Source: Candidatus Sulfotelmatobacter sp.
Lineage (GTDB): Bacteria > Acidobacteriota > Terriglobia > Terriglobales > Acidobacteriaceae
DNA: 64,000 nt
Direction of reading: 5' to 3'
Assembly: GCA_030039165.1 (NCBI GenBank)
Contig: JASHQM010000040.1
Location: 24,522 to 88,521, forward strand
The translations under genes and the position numbers were made by a program. Below the pieces are notes generated by a model that had not been told where the DNA came from, searched no databases, and saw nothing but the letters and a program-made list of their open reading frames with translations. This document shows, piece by piece, positions 62,184-64,000 of this stretch (position 1 is the stretch's first letter; the number at the start of each line of letters is the position of its first letter).

Positions 62184-63251
62184 TCATTCGAGTGTTTCGA
62201 TCGCCCAAGCCGCCGCTTCGCTCACCACTTCATCTTCGTCGCCAATCAACTTCCGAAGCAGCGGCAGAAATTTGCGCTCGCCGCTGTTTCCCATGGCGAC
62301 GACGGCGTTGCGGCGCAAGCCGGAGCGCTTGGCTCGGCGCACGGGTGAGGCACGAAATGTGCGGCGAAACTCTTCTGCGCTCATGTCGGCCAGCCATTCG
62401 AGCGATGGATTTACCAGCCCATCTTGCGGCTGAAATTCCTCCGCCTTCGTGACTGGCGCCTTGCGATTCCATGGACACACATCCTGACAAATATCGCAGC
62501 CAAAAACATGCCGTCCCATACCTGCGCGAAGTTCTTCCGCAATCGGTCCGCGCTTTTCGATCGTCAGGTACGCAATACATTTGTTCGCGTCGAGTCGATA
62601 GGGCGCAATCAGTGCCTCCGTGGGGCAGGCGTCGATGCAGCGTGTACAAGTGCCGCAGCGGTCGGGTGCGGGAACGTTCGCAACACCGGCTGCGAAATCG
62701 AGTGATGTAAGAATCACCCCCAGAAAAATCCACGAACCCAGCTTCTGATTGATGATGCAGGTGTTCTTTCCAATCCAGCCGATGCCAGCATATTTGGCGA
62801 TCACGCGTTCGACGACCGGCCCGGTATCGACGTAAGAGCGCGTGATCAGATCGGGATACTGATATGCACTCCTGACCGCGGCCTCGACCTCCCGCAGCCG
62901 CCGCAACGTCGCTTCGTGATAATCCTGAGCACCCCATGCATATCGCGAAATCCACCCGCGCGGTTCTACAGGAGAAACTGTGGAATAGGGCTGATCGCTG
63001 TTGTAGTTGATCGCGCAGACTATCACACTGCGCGCCCACGGAGCGGCATGGGCCAGTGACGCCCGCTTCAGACGTCCCTGCTCGTCGCGCGCTTCCATAT
63101 ACTTCATTTCGCCTGCATGCCCGGCCGCAATCCATCGCGGAAAGAATTCGAGTTCGGGGCTATCCTCAACCTGAGCTATGCCAACCAGATCAAATCCGGC
63201 ATCCTTGGCGGCTTTCGTGACTACTGCCTGAATCTCAAGCGATTGCTGCAT
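62184..63251 (-). CDS. queG: tRNA epoxyqueuosine(34) reductase
   Basis: Two ferredoxin-type clusters, CGTCTRCIDACPT and CDICQDVCPWN. DUF1730-like N-terminus and a HEAT-like C-terminus (GDEDEVVSEAAAWAI). Confidence 0.9.
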   Translation of the reverse strand: MQQSLEIQAVVTKAAKDAGFDLVGIAQVEDSPELEFFPRWIAAGHAGEMKYMEARDEQGRLKRASLAHAAPWARSVIVCAINYNSDQPYSTVSPVEPRGWISRYAWGAQDYHEATLRRLREVEAAVRSAYQYPDLITRSYVDTGPVVERVIAKYAGIGWIGKNTCIINQKLGSWIFLGVILTSLDFAAGVANVPAPDRCGTCTRCIDACPTEALIAPYRLDANKCIAYLTIEKRGPIAEELRAGMGRHVFGCDICQDVCPWNRKAPVTKAEEFQPQDGLVNPSLEWLADMSAEEFRRTFRASPVRRAKRSGLRRNAVVAMGNSGERKFLPLLRKLIGDEDEVVSEAAAWAIETLE

Positions 63252-63430
63252 GGGGATAAAACCGTCTATTGCCTCTAAAGCGGCGCAGGGTACGTTCCAA
63301 ATTGAAACTCACCTGCACATTTTTATGCGCGCGAGAGCTGATTTTCTTTCTTCAGCGTATAAGCTTTTCTTCACAGAGTCACGCAGTCCCGATGCGCGTT
63401 CTCCGAATTTGTCTTCCAGGAGCAAACGTT

Positions 63431-64000
63431 ATGCCGCAAACCACGCACGCGCAAACATCCACGATTCAGATTACCGTGATCAACGAGAGCACCATAGTAT
63501 CCGACACCGACGTGGTGCCCACCATTGCTGCTCTGCAAAAGCAGGTCACCAACGACTTTCGTCCGGTGTGGGGAACGGACGCGGAACTCACCATCATTCC
63601 CAAAAGCACACAACCGCCGGCTGGAAGCTGGTGGCTGGTGATTCTTGATGACTCCGACCAGGCGAACGCGCTTGGTTATCACGATCTCACTTCTGAAGGA
63701 CTGCCCATCGGCAAGGTCTTCGCTGCTAGCGACCTGAAGGCCGGAACCTCATGGTCGGTCACCGCCAGCCATGAACTGCTCGAAATGCTTGCCGACCCCA
63801 ACATCAACCTTACAGTTTTTGTGCAAAGCGCCAACACCGCCGGCATGCTCTATGCCTATGAAGTCTGCGACGCCTGCGAAGATGACGGCCTCGGCTACCG
63901 AATCGACAATATTCTCGTTTCCGACTTCGTCTATCCGGCATGGTTCGAAGGTTTTCGCACCGAAGGCTCCGCCCAGTTCGACTGCCAGAACAGGATGCAG
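63431..64000 (+). CDS. hypothetical protein, 5' part only (runs off the window end)
   Basis: Absent from the supplied ORF track because it has no stop in the window. AGGAG (63418-63422) lies 8 nt before ATG 63431. My translation MPQTTHAQTSTIQITVINESTIVSDTDVVPTIAALQKQVTNDFRPVWGTDAELTIIPK...HELLEMLADPNIN... stays open for 190 codons to position 64000. Confidence 0.6.
   Translation, partial: MPQTTHAQTSTIQITVINESTIVSDTDVVPTIAALQKQVTNDFRPVWGTDAELTIIPKSTQPPAGSWWLVILDDSDQANALGYHDLTSEGLPIGKVFAASDLKAGTSWSVTASHELLEMLADPNINLTVFVQSANTAGMLYAYEVCDACEDDGLGYRIDNILVSDFVYPAWFEGFRTEGSAQFDCQNRMQ

Noticed and set aside
63250-63648. 132-aa plus-strand ORF from the track
   Set aside because: It overlaps the queG start. 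A different frame with an AGGAG RBS (ATG 63431) stays open to the window end and looks coding.
1-64000. Scan for CRISPR arrays, tRNA/rRNA genes, IS elements, integrases and phage genes
   Set aside because: I saw no regularly spaced direct repeats, no cloverleaf-like or rRNA-like segments in intergenic regions, and no transposase or integrase motifs in any frame. A by-eye scan cannot exclude small ncRNAs.

Overview
64-kb, moderately GC-rich bacterial chromosomal window. The gene content (choice-of-anchor-D repeat protein, orphan FtsX-type permeases, PEP-CTERM-locus-type EPS genes) weakly suggests an Acidobacteriota-like soil bacterium. All calls rest on motif recognition by eye in the supplied ORF translations and on reading the DNA; no searches were run. 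I recognised no rRNA, tRNA, CRISPR array, transposase, integrase or prophage genes. The main feature is a ~31-kb run of 22 co-directional minus-strand genes (35400 down to 4465). It forms a Wzx/Wzy-type, PEP-CTERM-locus-like exopolysaccharide cluster: NusG paralog, Fis-HTH, Wza-like exporter, Wzz/GumC co-polymerase, ExeA-like ATPase, BY-kinase-like protein, priming sugar-phosphate transferase, Wzx, Wzy-like polymerase, GT26, GT4 and an epimerase. Embedded in its core are (i) a two-gene NRPS (free-standing A-T, then a P450-C-A-T-TE protein), (ii) a stand-alone adenylation enzyme + carrier protein + acyl-CoA-dehydrogenase-like trio, (iii) two sulfotransferases and (iv) a secreted GH10 hydrolase. 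This hybrid 'NRPS inside a polysaccharide assembly line' is my best candidate for the undescribed system. Upstream (256-4337) lie two secreted glycosidase-like proteins and a NUDIX gene, convergent on the locus. The remainder (36-64 kb) is mostly ordinary: di-heme DUF1111-like protein, glycerate kinase, M20 peptidase, HAD phosphatases, lytic transglycosylase, an M1-peptidase homolog with a degenerate zinc site, two FtsX-type permeases, MidA, Hbd, a NitT/TauT-type ABC transporter and QueG. It also holds a small winged-helix-regulated membrane-protein module that carries a repeated palindromic operator-like motif.
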